A program made the position numbers and the translations under genes. This document shows, piece by piece, positions 15,659 through 26,313 of a DNA stretch of 33,109 bases. Under the pieces are notes generated by a model, which ran no database searches, had not been told where the DNA came from, and saw only the letters and a list, made by a program, of their open reading frames with translations. This stretch comes from a virus (lineage: Duplodnaviria > Caudoviricetes). The stretch covers positions 1-33,109 of the IMG/VR virus record IMGVR_UViG_3300032328_000054. One strand, 5' to 3'. Positions within the stretch are counted from its first letter, which is position 1. Every line of letters begins with the position of its first letter.

Positions 15659-16906
15659 ATGGCAAATAACTTGCTAACCATCTCCATGATCACCAACGAG
15701 GCGTTGATGGTCTTGGAAAACAGTTTGACCTTTACTGGTCGTGTAGACCGTAACTATGATGACCAATTTGCGGTTATTGGTGCAAAGATTGGTAACACAG
15801 TCAATGTACGCCGTCCTGGTCGTTTTATCGGTACTACCGGCCCAGCGCTGAATGTTGAGGACTTTAACGAGACTTCATCACCAGTAACTTTATCAACCCA
15901 GTTCCATGTGGATACACAGTTCACAACACAAGATTTGACCTTATCGTTAGATATGTTCTCTGACCGTGTATTGAAGCCAGCAATTGCAGCAATTGCCAAC
16001 AAAATTGACTTTGACGGCACCACAATGGCAGTAGATAACACAGCTAATACCGTTGGTACAGCTGGTGTAGTTCCATCTGACATCGCAACATTCCTAACCG
16101 CCCAGGCTTATTTGGATGGCGAAGGCGCGCCCCGCGATGGCAAGCGTTCTTGCGTGGTTGATCCCTTTACAGGTGCCTCAATTGTTGGCTCCTTAAAAGG
16201 TCTCTTTAACCCACAAGGCACTATTTCTGGTCAGTACGAAAAGGGAATGATGGGTCGCGACACTATTGGTATGAACTGGTATATGGACCAAAACATCGTG
16301 TCCCATACTTATGGTTCTTACTCAACCGCCACATTGTCTACCAACACCAGCACATTTACTGGTTCGTTGACAACTGGTTGGGCTCAGACCTCTACTATTA
16401 CCATTTCAGCTGCAACCGCTAACGCCAACTTAAAGCAAGGCGATACGATTCAGATTGCTGGTGTATTCGCAGTCAACCCACAGAACCGCCAGCCATACGG
16501 TGGTAATGTATTGCGTAACTTTGTAGTTACTGCCGATACAACCATCACTTCCGGTGGTTCAGCATCTGTAACTGTTTCCCCAGCGATTATTACTGCTGGC
16601 CAGTTCCAGAATGTGAGCGTATTGTCTACCTCAGCAAGTGCGGTTGTTACACCATTTAATAAGACCGGTGTAGTTAGCCCACAGAACTTGGTATTCCATC
16701 GCAATGCGTATACCCTAGCTACTGCTGATTTACAGTTGCCAGACGGTGTACATTTTGCAGGCCGTGCAAGCGATAAGGACAATGGTTTGTCGATTCGTGT
16801 GGTGCGTCAATACACCATTAACAACGACTCCATCCCAACCCGTTTAGATGTTTTATACGGCTGGGCTCCGCTTTATCCAGAACTCGCCTGCCGCGTTGCA
16901 GCTTAA
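15659..16906 (+). CDS. P22-type major capsid (coat) protein
   Basis: MAN.LLT..MIT.EAL, KIG.TV..R.P, NL.FH.NA..LA, RLDVLYG. Confidence 0.95.
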   Translation: MANNLLTISMITNEALMVLENSLTFTGRVDRNYDDQFAVIGAKIGNTVNVRRPGRFIGTTGPALNVEDFNETSSPVTLSTQFHVDTQFTTQDLTLSLDMFSDRVLKPAIAAIANKIDFDGTTMAVDNTANTVGTAGVVPSDIATFLTAQAYLDGEGAPRDGKRSCVVDPFTGASIVGSLKGLFNPQGTISGQYEKGMMGRDTIGMNWYMDQNIVSHTYGSYSTATLSTNTSTFTGSLTTGWAQTSTITISAATANANLKQGDTIQIAGVFAVNPQNRQPYGGNVLRNFVVTADTTITSGGSASVTVSPAIITAGQFQNVSVLSTSASAVVTPFNKTGVVSPQNLVFHRNAYTLATADLQLPDGVHFAGRASDKDNGLSIRVVRQYTINNDSIPTRLDVLYGWAPLYPELACRVAA

Positions 16907-16924
16907 TAGGAAAGGAACCTAATC

Positions 16925-17164
16925 ATGCCAAATCCAGGACCAGCAACTACCCAAACAGACAATTTTCTCTTTAACGGTGATTCAACAGACGGTATTCAAA
17001 TTGCCGGTGCCGCTACAGACAAATTGGCTTTTCATGGGAAAACTCCTGTAGTACAAGCAGCTGCAATTACCAACATTAGTAATAGCGCTACTGGTACAGA
17101 AATTGCAACCGCAGTAAATAGCATTTTGGTTGCATTGCGTAACAAAGGTATTATTGCGACCTAA
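16925..17164 (+). CDS. putative head fibre/decoration protein
   Basis: KLAFHG.TPV and VNSILVALRNKGII motifs; directly after the coat gene. Confidence 0.55.
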   Translation: MPNPGPATTQTDNFLFNGDSTDGIQIAGAATDKLAFHGKTPVVQAAAITNISNSATGTEIATAVNSILVALRNKGIIAT

Positions 17165-17180
17165 TATCGCATGAGACCTG

Positions 17181-17216
17181 AAAAGGCCATTCTCCAAAAG
17201 AGGTGGCCTTTTTTTT
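17181..17216 (+). terminator. intrinsic terminator after the head genes
   Basis: AAAAGGCCATTCTC-CAAAA-GAGGTGGCCTTTTTTTT stem-loop with T tract. Confidence 0.85.
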
Positions 17217-17280
17217 GTTTTTATGGTGTAAAAACCTAAAAACATAGGATAATTTAAACATCTCTATTACGAGGATAATC

Positions 17281-17613
17281 ATGGACTCTTTAAAGATTCT
17301 TTCCCCAACTTATCGGTTGGACCTTACTAGTTCCGCGTCAGCTGCTCTGCAACTAATCCCAGATACGCCAACCCTTGCATTTCGTGTGGCTATCCTAAAT
17401 ACTGGAACGGGTACGGCGGCTATTACTTTTGGCACAACGGATTCCAATATGGCCACGCCAGCGATAGCGTCAACAGGTGGCAGCGGCTCATTTATCTTGG
17501 CTCCAAGTATGTTTTTGCCAATTATTATTGATTGCCCAAGACCCAACTTTTTTATTAAGGCTATTTCGTCAACAACAAACACGCTTTATTTGACGCTCGT
17601 AGCTAACGAATAA
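17281..17613 (+). CDS. hypothetical virion protein
   Basis: GAGGA RBS; beta-sandwich-like sequence. Confidence 0.7.
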   Translation: MDSLKILSPTYRLDLTSSASAALQLIPDTPTLAFRVAILNTGTGTAAITFGTTDSNMATPAIASTGGSGSFILAPSMFLPIIIDCPRPNFFIKAISSTTNTLYLTLVANE

Positions 17614-17623
17614 GGGATTTACC

Positions 17624-19642
17624 ATGTCCAACGACACCGCAAAGACTATAACAACCAATATAGTGCCGGTCCAAGGGACTTTTGAGCCCTTGCCGCCGTA
17701 TGAGTGCATTAACTTAATTGGACCTGCTGGAACGCCGTTTTTTGCCCCTACAAACCCTAATTTGGATGGGGTAAGCATTACCAATAGCACGATTAATAGC
17801 ACTACGATTGGGGCAACAACCCCTTCAACTGCGGCGTTTACAACGGCCAGCGCAACAAGTTTGCCTGTTGGCGGTAATGACCTAACCAATAAAACCTATG
17901 TTGACGCGGCATTAGCTGGTATTTCTTGGAAAGAGCCGGTTCGTGCCGCAACAACGGCCAACATTACCCTATCTGGCGCACAAACAATTGATGGCGTGGC
18001 AGTTGTTGCCGGTGACCGAGTATTGGTAAAAGACCAAACCAATGCAGCACAAAACGGTATTTATGTAGCAGCTGCTGGCGCATGGTCAAGAGCAGAAGAT
18101 GCAAACACTTGGGATGAATTGGTCTCGGCTTTGGTCTTTGTAACCTCTGGTGGATTATCCGGTTCAGCTTGGTATTGCTACATTCAGCCAGGCGGTACTC
18201 TTGGAGTAACCGCGGTCAATTGGTCAAACTTCCAAGTAGCTGGTGCGTACTTTGCTGGCACCGGTTTATCCTTAGCAGCCAACACATTTAGCATTACCAA
18301 TACTGGCGTATCAGCCAATACTTATGGATCAGCCAGCACGGTTCCAGCCATTGCAGTCAATGCCCAAGGCCAGATTACTAGCGCAACTAATACAAGTATT
18401 GCTATTGCAGCATCCCAAATTACTAGCGGAACTATTGATACTGCCAGAATTTCAGGTTCTTATACAGGCATTACCGCGGTTGGAACTCTGTCTGGCCTAA
18501 CGGTTAGCAGCACAATTTCTGGATCAATTTCTGGTAACGCAGCCACCGCAACAACTGCAACCACGGCTACAACGGCTACCACGGCAACTAATATTGCAGG
18601 TGGCGCAACTGGATCAGTCCCATATCAAAGCGGTGCCGGCGCAACTACTTTTGTTGGAATTGGATCAACTGGTCAGGTTTTAACAGTTGCAGGCGGAGTG
18701 CCAACCTGGGCAACTCCATCGGCTGGAACGGTAACTTCTGTAGGCGGAACTGGAACGGTATCAGGCATTAGCCTGTCTGGAACAGTTACAAGCAGCGGGA
18801 ACTTAACTCTTGGCGGAACTTTAGACTTATCCGCGCCCCCAGCAATTGGTGGAACAACTGCCAACACGGTGCGTGGAACAACTATTACCGCAACTACTGA
18901 TTTTGTAGGTACTAATTTTGATGCTGCAGGATCAGCCGGTGGTAATTTAAGAAATTCTAGTGGAACCCCTCAAATTCAATGGGGCGGCGGTGGTGGTAAC
19001 AATGTTTCTATTGATGTAGCAACTAACATCAATCCAGCAAATGCTGCGGTAGCAATTAGTCCTACAGGAACTGGAACTGTTGCAATTTCACCTGCGGGCG
19101 CGTTGACTGTAAACCCAACAACCGCATCAACCATGAACAATGTGGCTATTGGCGGAACAACGCCGTTGGCTGGCACATTTACTGATTTACGGGTAAATAA
19201 CACTATTTCTTTGGCTGGTTCAACTGGAACCGCTGGATATGTATTGACCTCGAATGGCGCATCGGCTCCAACTTGGCAGGCCAATGCATCTGGCCTAGGT
19301 ATTGTTGACGATACAACTACCAACGCAACCCGGTACATTACTTTTACCGATGCGACAACCGGCAATATTACAACCGGCAATGTCTCGTCCACCAAGCTGC
19401 GTTATAACCCATCTACTGGAACTTTATCTTCTACAGCATTTGTCGGCGATGGATCAGGTTTAACTGGTGTTGCTGGTGGTCAATATTTTGGAACTGCAAA
19501 CCCTAAAGCGATTGCTTACAACGCATCTACCATAGCGGAAAATATTACTGTTACCTATCCTAGTATGTCTGTTGGCCCTATCACTATTAATAGCGGATTT
19601 GCGGTCACAGTTAATGCTGGTGTGCGGTGGTTAATTCTATAA
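17624..19642 (+). CDS. long fibre protein
   Basis: NKTYVD, VRAATTANITLSG...GDRVLVKDQ...NGIY domain, VNAQGQIT, GQVLT..G..PTW repeats, GDGSGLT, C-terminal GPITI..G..VTV..G..W.IL. Confidence 0.8.
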   Translation: MSNDTAKTITTNIVPVQGTFEPLPPYECINLIGPAGTPFFAPTNPNLDGVSITNSTINSTTIGATTPSTAAFTTASATSLPVGGNDLTNKTYVDAALAGISWKEPVRAATTANITLSGAQTIDGVAVVAGDRVLVKDQTNAAQNGIYVAAAGAWSRAEDANTWDELVSALVFVTSGGLSGSAWYCYIQPGGTLGVTAVNWSNFQVAGAYFAGTGLSLAANTFSITNTGVSANTYGSASTVPAIAVNAQGQITSATNTSIAIAASQITSGTIDTARISGSYTGITAVGTLSGLTVSSTISGSISGNAATATTATTATTATTATNIAGGATGSVPYQSGAGATTFVGIGSTGQVLTVAGGVPTWATPSAGTVTSVGGTGTVSGISLSGTVTSSGNLTLGGTLDLSAPPAIGGTTANTVRGTTITATTDFVGTNFDAAGSAGGNLRNSSGTPQIQWGGGGGNNVSIDVATNINPANAAVAISPTGTGTVAISPAGALTVNPTTASTMNNVAIGGTTPLAGTFTDLRVNNTISLAGSTGTAGYVLTSNGASAPTWQANASGLGIVDDTTTNATRYITFTDATTGNITTGNVSSTKLRYNPSTGTLSSTAFVGDGSGLTGVAGGQYFGTANPKAIAYNASTIAENITVTYPSMSVGPITINSGFAVTVNAGVRWLIL

Positions 19643-19652
19643 GGAATAAATT

Positions 19653-20219
19653 ATGTCTCTTGTTTTAGTAGGTTCAACTAGCGGAAGCGTTACATTACAA
19701 GAACCAGCCGTTGCTGGTACTACTGTATTAGACTTACCAGCCGTATCAGGAACAGTTCTTACAACAGGTTCTAGCGGTCAGTCCATTCCTAAAGCCGCAT
19801 TACCTACTGGTTCTGTGTTGCAAGTGGTTAATACAACTTTAAATGGCAGCCAAACAAGCACAACTAGTTCAAGTTTTGTATCAAGCGGTTTTAGTCTAGC
19901 TATTACACCAACAAGTTCTACAAGCAAAATATTAATTTTTGCGTCTTTAGCCGCAACAAACACATCTTCTACAGGTCGAGCAGTTTTTACTCTTTATCGT
20001 GGTGCAACACAATTAAATTCAAACGGATTAGGGCTTTATGAAAATTATAGTACTACGGGCTATGACCAAGTTCAAATTGCTTTTAATTATTTAGATTCTC
20101 CAGCAACAACCTCATCAACTACATATACTATTTATTTTAAACAGTCTACTACTGGAACTGCATATTGTGGAAATTCAGACGGAAATCAAATGATTACTCT
20201 TATGGAGATTGCAGCATGA
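19653..20219 (+). CDS. adhesin/receptor-binding module 1
   Basis: GSVLQVV, ITPTSSTSKILI, YLDSPATTS..TY, ITLMEIAA. Confidence 0.7.
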   Translation: MSLVLVGSTSGSVTLQEPAVAGTTVLDLPAVSGTVLTTGSSGQSIPKAALPTGSVLQVVNTTLNGSQTSTTSSSFVSSGFSLAITPTSSTSKILIFASLAATNTSSTGRAVFTLYRGATQLNSNGLGLYENYSTTGYDQVQIAFNYLDSPATTSSTTYTIYFKQSTTGTAYCGNSDGNQMITLMEIAA

Positions 20220-20488
20220 ACCACGAAGCCCTATACAAACTGAATCCATCTGTAGTTACCATTCGTGGTGATGTAGCTTATGACAAAGATGAGAACATTG
20301 TTGCATACGATAAAGCCGCAGTACAGGCTTATGTAGATGCTCATGCTTATATTGCTAAAAGAGCCGCAGAATACCCAAATCCAGCCGAATATTTGGATGG
20401 TGTAGTAAAGGGTGACCAAGCACAGATTGATAAATACATTGCTGACTGCTTGGCGGTCAAGGCTAAGTATCCGAAGGGAGTAGCATAA
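20216..20488 (+). CDS. fibre assembly chaperone-like protein 1
   Basis: Y..KR..EYP...VKAKYPK; ATGA coupling (start 20216). Confidence 0.65.
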   Translation: MNHEALYKLNPSVVTIRGDVAYDKDENIVAYDKAAVQAYVDAHAYIAKRAAEYPNPAEYLDGVVKGDQAQIDKYIADCLAVKAKYPKGVA

Positions 20489-21033
20489 TGGCATCAATTA
20501 TTACAGCCACAGTCGCATCGGGGTTGACCCAGTCAGCCGATAACTCTGGTGTATTACAGTTAGCATCGGGAACTGGTAACTTAGTTACTGTTCCATCGGT
20601 AACAGGCACAGCAATGGTTAGCGGTAATATGCCAGCGTTTGGTGCTTATCAAAATTCAGCACAAACACTTTCAACTGGTGCATTTAATAAACTACAAATA
20701 GACACAGAAGAATTTGACACAGCAAATTGTTTTAATACAGGCAATTACAGATTTACACCTAATGTTGCTGGATATTACCAAGTAAATGCTGTTTATAATT
20801 TAAGCGGAAGTGGAACAACACTTGCTGCTATATTTAAAAACGGTTCTGCATTTAAATATGGTGTAAATTCAACTGGTTCTGTTCCGTATGGTAATTCAGT
20901 TAGCTGCCTTATGTTTATGAATGGAACTACTGACTATATTGAATTTTATGGATTCACCAATGGAATTGGATATACAGTTACAACTGGTATTTTAAATACT
21001 TGGTTTCAAGCAGTTTTAGTGAGGGCTGCATAA
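20488..21033 (+). CDS. adhesin module 2, C1q/TNF-like jelly roll
   Basis: PAF.AY, EEFDT..F, RFTP.VAGYYQV, IFKNG, NGTTDYIE. Confidence 0.75.
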   Translation: MASIITATVASGLTQSADNSGVLQLASGTGNLVTVPSVTGTAMVSGNMPAFGAYQNSAQTLSTGAFNKLQIDTEEFDTANCFNTGNYRFTPNVAGYYQVNAVYNLSGSGTTLAAIFKNGSAFKYGVNSTGSVPYGNSVSCLMFMNGTTDYIEFYGFTNGIGYTVTTGILNTWFQAVLVRAA

Positions 21034-21197
21034 TGTACGAAAAAATTAAATCTTTGTACCCATCATTGACTGATGCAGATTTTGACCCAAGCAAAGGCAC
21101 AATTCTTTTACAAAACGATTCAGACGGCAAAGGCGATTACATTGCTAAGTGGGAACACCCAACCTTGCCAAGACCAACAGATGAGGAGTTAGCATAA
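21033..21197 (+). CDS. XkdW-like fibre chaperone 2
   Basis: LQNDSDGKGDYIAKWEHPTLPRPT; start 21033 by TAATG. Confidence 0.7.
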   Translation: MYEKIKSLYPSLTDADFDPSKGTILLQNDSDGKGDYIAKWEHPTLPRPTDEELA

Positions 21198-22321
21198 TGC
21201 CTATAACTTTAGACGGCACAAACGGAATAACAACTCCCATGTACAACGGGAGTATTACTGCTAATGCGGTAACTCCATCCGTTAATATGAAGAATCGCAT
21301 TATCAATGGTGCGATGGTGATTGACCAGCGTAATGCTGGTGCTAGTGTTTCTAATTTAGCTGGTGCTTTAACTTATTCAGTAGATAGATGGCCCGTTAAT
21401 TGTTCTGCGGCTAATAAATTTACTATGCAACAAAACGCTGGCTCTGTAACACCGCCAGCAGGATTTGCTAACTATTTAGGTCTTACTTCATCTTCTGCAT
21501 ATTCTTCAGGTTCTTCTGATTATTTTCATTTATATCAACCTATTGAAGGCTATAACATAGCAGACCTAAACTGGGGTACTGCTAATGCTAAAACTGTTAC
21601 AGCTTCTTTTTGGGTAAGAGCAAGTGTTACAGGAACTTATGGTGGAATAATAATAAATAGTGCGGCTACTGCTAATTATCCGTTTACTTATACTGTAAAT
21701 TCCGCAAACACATGGGAACAAAAAACATTAACTATTGTAGGCCCTACAATCGGAACATGGAACTCAACAAACGGCACAGGTCTTGAATTTAGATTTGATT
21801 TAGGCAATGGTTCTGATTACACAACTGGAACGGCTGGTGCTTGGTCAGCTTCTTTTGGTTATCCTTCAGGAACAGTTAAATTTGTAGCTACTAATGGCGG
21901 AACGCTATATCTAACAGGAGTTCAAATTGAGGTAGGCTCTACAGCTACTAGCTTTGATTACAGAAGTATTGGAACTGAGTTACAGCTTTGCCAACGCTAT
22001 TATGTTCAATATGGTGGAACTTCTACTAATGAACATTTACCAATGGTTGCTCAAGTTCAAGGTACTACTAATGCAAATACAAGTTTGCAATTCCCAGTTC
22101 AAATGAGAACAACTCCTAGTATCACTCAAGCAAGCACTTGGCAAGCTAATATATATGGTGGCAGTTCACAAAACATAAGTTCTTTTGCTATATCTGACTC
22201 AACTCCATTGGTTGCTCGATTAGATATAACATTGGCTGGTAGTCTTGGTTCTGCTGGACAATGTGCAAGAATGTTATCAACTAGCACTGCAGCAAGATTA
22301 AATTTTAGTGCGGAACTTTAA
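21197..22321 (+). CDS. adhesin module 3, carbohydrate-binding-like
   Basis: KNRIING.M.IDQR, YSVDRW, Q.IEG, TGVQIEVG..AT.F, EL.LCQRYY. Confidence 0.75.
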   Translation: MPITLDGTNGITTPMYNGSITANAVTPSVNMKNRIINGAMVIDQRNAGASVSNLAGALTYSVDRWPVNCSAANKFTMQQNAGSVTPPAGFANYLGLTSSSAYSSGSSDYFHLYQPIEGYNIADLNWGTANAKTVTASFWVRASVTGTYGGIIINSAATANYPFTYTVNSANTWEQKTLTIVGPTIGTWNSTNGTGLEFRFDLGNGSDYTTGTAGAWSASFGYPSGTVKFVATNGGTLYLTGVQIEVGSTATSFDYRSIGTELQLCQRYYVQYGGTSTNEHLPMVAQVQGTTNANTSLQFPVQMRTTPSITQASTWQANIYGGSSQNISSFAISDSTPLVARLDITLAGSLGSAGQCARMLSTSTAARLNFSAEL

Positions 22322-22322
22322 T

Positions 22323-22526
22323 ATGAAAACATATCGTTTATTTAAAAATGAATTTAATAATATCAGTTCAGTATCAATAGATAATATGTCTATCCCTATT
22401 TGTGCTGACAACACCGACTACCAAACATTCAAAAAAGAAGTCTTAGCTGGTGCAGAACTGCAAGATGCCGATGGGAATGTGATGACACAAGAACAAGCAG
22501 ATGAATTTATAGCGACTTTGCCATGA
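22323..22526 (+). CDS. fibre chaperone-like protein 3
   Basis: IP...DNTDYQ.F motif following an adhesin. Confidence 0.6.
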   Translation: MKTYRLFKNEFNNISSVSIDNMSIPICADNTDYQTFKKEVLAGAELQDADGNVMTQEQADEFIATLP

Positions 22527-22834
22527 CTAATTACCAAGTAAAAATATTAGAAACTCTCATTATTGATGGGGTTCTTAAATCGGTTAAATATTGGTGCAAA
22601 GCAACAAATGATAAACATTCTGTTGAGACCGAAGGTAATTGGAAAATGCTTACTCCGCACATGGTAGATGAAGATACAACCGAACACCAGGTATCGCATT
22701 GGCTTGATTTAGATGCTACCCAAGACGGTAAACATCTTATAAAATACAGATTACAAGAGCAACTGGATGCGCTTAGTTCCGCAACAACAACTAAACCGCC
22801 CTGGGCCGTGGACACATTTAAGGTGACGATATGA
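22523..22834 (+). CDS. hypothetical tail-associated protein
   Basis: TE.QV..W and PPW motifs; ATGA overlaps on both sides. Confidence 0.65.
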   Translation: MTNYQVKILETLIIDGVLKSVKYWCKATNDKHSVETEGNWKMLTPHMVDEDTTEHQVSHWLDLDATQDGKHLIKYRLQEQLDALSSATTTKPPWAVDTFKVTI

Positions 22835-23796
22835 CACAACCAATCGACATCATCTCTCGCGCCCTTAAAGATATTGGGGCTCTTGAGGCTGGTGAAACCC
22901 CTGCGCCTGCTGACTCGCAAGACGCATTTGATATGCTCAATGACATGGTTGACCAATGGTCAAACGAGCAAATGATGGTCTTTTATAAGACTGAGATCAT
23001 TTTTACCCTAACCTCTGGCCAAACCCAATACACCATTGGTGCTGGTGGACAAATTGGCGGGACTATAACCGGATCAATCAGCGGCACAACCTTAACCGTT
23101 ACTAATGTTTCTAGTGGCGCTATTGCCCTTGGCATGACCATATCAGGTTCTGGCGTAACAGCTGGCACAAAGATTACTGGATTTAAATCGGGCGCGGGCG
23201 GTAATGTAAATTCCAATGGAACTTACACCGTCAACATCTCGCAGACTGTAGCTAGTACGACAATAAGTGCGTATTACGAGCGCCCTTTATCCATTAATTC
23301 GGCATTTGTTAGGGTAAACACTAACTCCAACGGGCAGCCTATTTTGAACGGTGGCTTAGATTACCCTGTTGCCATTCTCAATTTAGAAAACTATGAATTG
23401 ATTGGTTTAAAGACCCTCAACGGTCCGTGGCCTCGCGCCCTGTACTATCAACCAGGCGAATCTTTGGGAACCATTACCGTATGGCCAAATCCATCCCAAG
23501 GCGAGATGCATATTTTTGCCGATACCCTGTTCCAGCGCTTTGCCTCCATTAATGATGAGATAGTCATACCACAAGGCTATTTAATGGCCCTTAGATGGTG
23601 TTTAGCCGAGCGTTTGATGCCAATGTATGGAAAAGCCAGCCCAACGCAAATACAGATGATTAACGGCTTTGCTAACCACGCCAAGGCAACCATTAAACGC
23701 AACAATATGAAACCAATGCAAGTAGCTCGATTTGAGGATTCATTAATTGTAGGCAAGAGAGCAGACGCTGGCTGGATTCTGACCGGAGGCTTTTAA
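22831..23796 (+). CDS. head-tail adaptor (P22 gp4-like) with inserted beta module
   Basis: DII.RAL..IG.L..GETP...D..DA..MLN.M...W; AL.W.LA.RL.P.YG. Confidence 0.75.
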   Translation: MTQPIDIISRALKDIGALEAGETPAPADSQDAFDMLNDMVDQWSNEQMMVFYKTEIIFTLTSGQTQYTIGAGGQIGGTITGSISGTTLTVTNVSSGAIALGMTISGSGVTAGTKITGFKSGAGGNVNSNGTYTVNISQTVASTTISAYYERPLSINSAFVRVNTNSNGQPILNGGLDYPVAILNLENYELIGLKTLNGPWPRALYYQPGESLGTITVWPNPSQGEMHIFADTLFQRFASINDEIVIPQGYLMALRWCLAERLMPMYGKASPTQIQMINGFANHAKATIKRNNMKPMQVARFEDSLIVGKRADAGWILTGGF

Positions 23797-25667
23797 TGCC
23801 AGACTTTGGATTCGTTGGTGCAGCTTACGAGGCTCCCTCTATTTATCAGGATGCTCAAGAATGCATTAATTTTTATCCTGAAATAGACCCTACTAAGCCG
23901 CAAGGTGACCGTGGAATCATAGCGCTTTATCCAACACCAGGCTTAGAAACTGTAGCAATTCTTCCCAATCAAGAAGAAGTGCGTGGTATTCGTACTCTGT
24001 CAGGCGGAACTCAGGTCGTGACCGTCTGCGGTGACTTTGTCTATGTTATGGAGTCTGACTATACGCCCAAAATGATAGGCCAGATGAATACCGCATCCGG
24101 CCTAGTCGGGATTGTGGATAACGGGGTCAATGTCTACATAGTTGATGACACTTACCGCTATTGCTGGTTTATTTCTAACCCATCCGCAGCAACCTTTACC
24201 GGATCAATATCAACAACGACCCTGACAGTCACTTCCGTATTGAGCGGAACCATAGCAGTTGGCCAAGCTATTTTTGGAAATAATGTTTCTCAAAATACCG
24301 TCATTACCGCACTAGGCACCGGCAGCGGTGGAGTTGGAACTTACACAGTTAGTAACTCCCAAACAACTGCGTCAACCTCCATTAATTCAGTTGCATCGCC
24401 TGCTATCGTTACTGGTGCTATATCTGGAACAACCCTTACTGTCTCTGCGGTCACTAGCGGAACTCTGCGGATAGGTCAAACAATTGATGGTACTGGCGTA
24501 ACCGATGGAACTATTATCAAGGCGTTTGGGACAGGGTCTGGCGGTGTTGGAACCTACACAGTTAGCGCGTCCCAGACGGTTAGTAGCACAACTATATTTG
24601 CTATGAATTGGACCGTATTACCAGTTAATGACGGGCCTTTTGAGGGTGGCGGTACGGTTGACATTACCGACAATTACTTTGTTTATAACAAACCTGATTC
24701 GCAATTATGGGCTGCATCGGACTTATTAAGCCCTATTACCGACCCATTATCCTTTGCTAGTAAGGATGGCTCACCAGATGACCTAGTGTCTATTATTGTA
24801 GATCGCCGCGAAGTTTATTTACTTGGTGAGATGTCCTCCGAAGTCTGGATTAATTCGGGCGCGGTGCCATTTCCCTTTACCCGCATTCCTGGTACATCCA
24901 CCCAACAAGGTATTGCAGCGCAATATTCCATGTCTAGGATGGGTAACTCGTTTGCGTATGTCTCCAAGAACAATCGCGGTGAGGCCATGATTGTGCGTAT
25001 GAATGGATATTTTCCTGAAAGAATATCAACCCATGCGGTAGAAACAACCTTAGTGAATCAGAATGTGTCTAATGCAATAGCGTGGACATATCAGCTTGAA
25101 GGCCATGAAGTCTATGTGGTGACCTTTCCCTCAATTGGGACTAACGGCTTAACCTGGGCGTATGACAATACAACCGGCTTATGGCATAAGTGGTTGTACC
25201 GTAATAATCAGAACGAATACGAGCGCCACCGCGGTAATTGCTGCGCATTCTTTAATCAACAAGTATTGGTTGGGGATTACGAAAACGGCAAGATTTATCA
25301 ATTAAGCCGTAACTATTACACAGACGATGGCCAGCCAATACGCCGAATTCGCAGAGCCCCACATATTACAAGCGACTTGCAGCGCCAGTATTTCCATGAG
25401 TTGCAGATTCAGTTCCAGCCAGGCGTTGGCCTATCAACCGGCCAAGGCGAGGACCCCCAAGCTATGTTGCGCTGGTCTAATGACGGCGGTTCTACTTGGT
25501 CTAACGAATATTGGACAACCATTGGAAAACAAGGAAAATACTTAAATCGTGCTATTTGGCGGCGGTTAGGGTTTTCCCGTGACAAAGTGTTTGAGGTTTC
25601 TATTTCAGACCCCGTCAAGGCAGTCATTATTTCTGCAAATTTAAAAGCCGAAGCTGGAGAAAACTAA
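23796..25667 (+). CDS. tail hub / DNA stabilization protein (P22 gp10-like)
   Basis: [50 protein letters not shown]. Confidence 0.88.
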   Translation: MPDFGFVGAAYEAPSIYQDAQECINFYPEIDPTKPQGDRGIIALYPTPGLETVAILPNQEEVRGIRTLSGGTQVVTVCGDFVYVMESDYTPKMIGQMNTASGLVGIVDNGVNVYIVDDTYRYCWFISNPSAATFTGSISTTTLTVTSVLSGTIAVGQAIFGNNVSQNTVITALGTGSGGVGTYTVSNSQTTASTSINSVASPAIVTGAISGTTLTVSAVTSGTLRIGQTIDGTGVTDGTIIKAFGTGSGGVGTYTVSASQTVSSTTIFAMNWTVLPVNDGPFEGGGTVDITDNYFVYNKPDSQLWAASDLLSPITDPLSFASKDGSPDDLVSIIVDRREVYLLGEMSSEVWINSGAVPFPFTRIPGTSTQQGIAAQYSMSRMGNSFAYVSKNNRGEAMIVRMNGYFPERISTHAVETTLVNQNVSNAIAWTYQLEGHEVYVVTFPSIGTNGLTWAYDNTTGLWHKWLYRNNQNEYERHRGNCCAFFNQQVLVGDYENGKIYQLSRNYYTDDGQPIRRIRRAPHITSDLQRQYFHELQIQFQPGVGLSTGQGEDPQAMLRWSNDGGSTWSNEYWTTIGKQGKYLNRAIWRRLGFSRDKVFEVSISDPVKAVIISANLKAEAGEN

Positions 25668-25885
25668 TGTCTACACCGCAAAACCAACGGCTGCCAACGA
25701 GCCCATTAATTGACAATACGGGACGGCCAACACGCGCCTGGCAGCTGTTTTTGTTAAACTTGTTGAACTTTTCAAGCGCCACAACGGCTACGGCTGGATC
25801 GGCTACTTTGCCAGCAAACCCAGAGGGTTTTATTGAAGTTACCGTAAACGGCGAATCTAAAAGAATTCCCTATTACAACCTATGA
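25667..25885 (+). CDS. small tail-associated protein
   Basis: TRAWQLF and LPANP.GFI.V.VNG...IPYY; TAATG coupling. Confidence 0.7.
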   Translation: MSTPQNQRLPTSPLIDNTGRPTRAWQLFLLNLLNFSSATTATAGSATLPANPEGFIEVTVNGESKRIPYYNL

Positions 25886-26313
25886 ACGCACAATTACTTG
25901 CCCCTCTTAGTTTGCCGCCGACTGCGCAACGGTGGCTTTTGGACTTTTTTGATGTTATTCAAGGGCTAGATGATTGGCGCGATGATGACCCAGTAGACCC
26001 AAAACAAAAAGAAAAGGTCATTTATCAGGTTATGGTGGAATTACCCCAAAACCATTTTTTTCAAACCAACTCCCACAATTTACTGCCATTGGTAAGTATT
26101 CTTGTTTTGAAGTGGATTGGTGCGAACAAATTGGAAGATAATAGAGAGCAATTACACAAGGCCTATATGTGGCGGGCATCGTACTACGATTTAATTTTGG
26201 AGGTAGTGCGTTTAGTCCACGGGTTTGATGGGGCAGCAAGTGCTGCTGAGTATGTTGCCAAATTGTATGGCGAGACTTATGAAGATTATGTAAAGGAGTT
26301 TGAGAATGCCTGA
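25882..26313 (+). CDS. helical DDxxD-motif protein of unknown function
   Basis: IQGLDDWRDDD; LPQNHFF; between the tail and ejection genes. Confidence 0.65.
   Translation: MNAQLLAPLSLPPTAQRWLLDFFDVIQGLDDWRDDDPVDPKQKEKVIYQVMVELPQNHFFQTNSHNLLPLVSILVLKWIGANKLEDNREQLHKAYMWRASYYDLILEVVRLVHGFDGAASAAEYVAKLYGETYEDYVKEFENA

Noticed and set aside
11355-16782. Many antisense or alternate-frame ORFs within terminase, portal, scaffold and coat
   Set aside because: Shadow ORFs of strongly supported genes, with no RBS or motifs
18538-18592. Tandem repeat encoding ATTATTATTATT
   Set aside because: Degenerate codons; ordinary fibre low-complexity repeat rather than a DNA repeat element
19653-22526. Diversity-generating retroelement or invertible tail cassette
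   Set aside because: No reverse transcriptase or invertase, no template/variable repeat pair noticed, all cassettes in the same orientation
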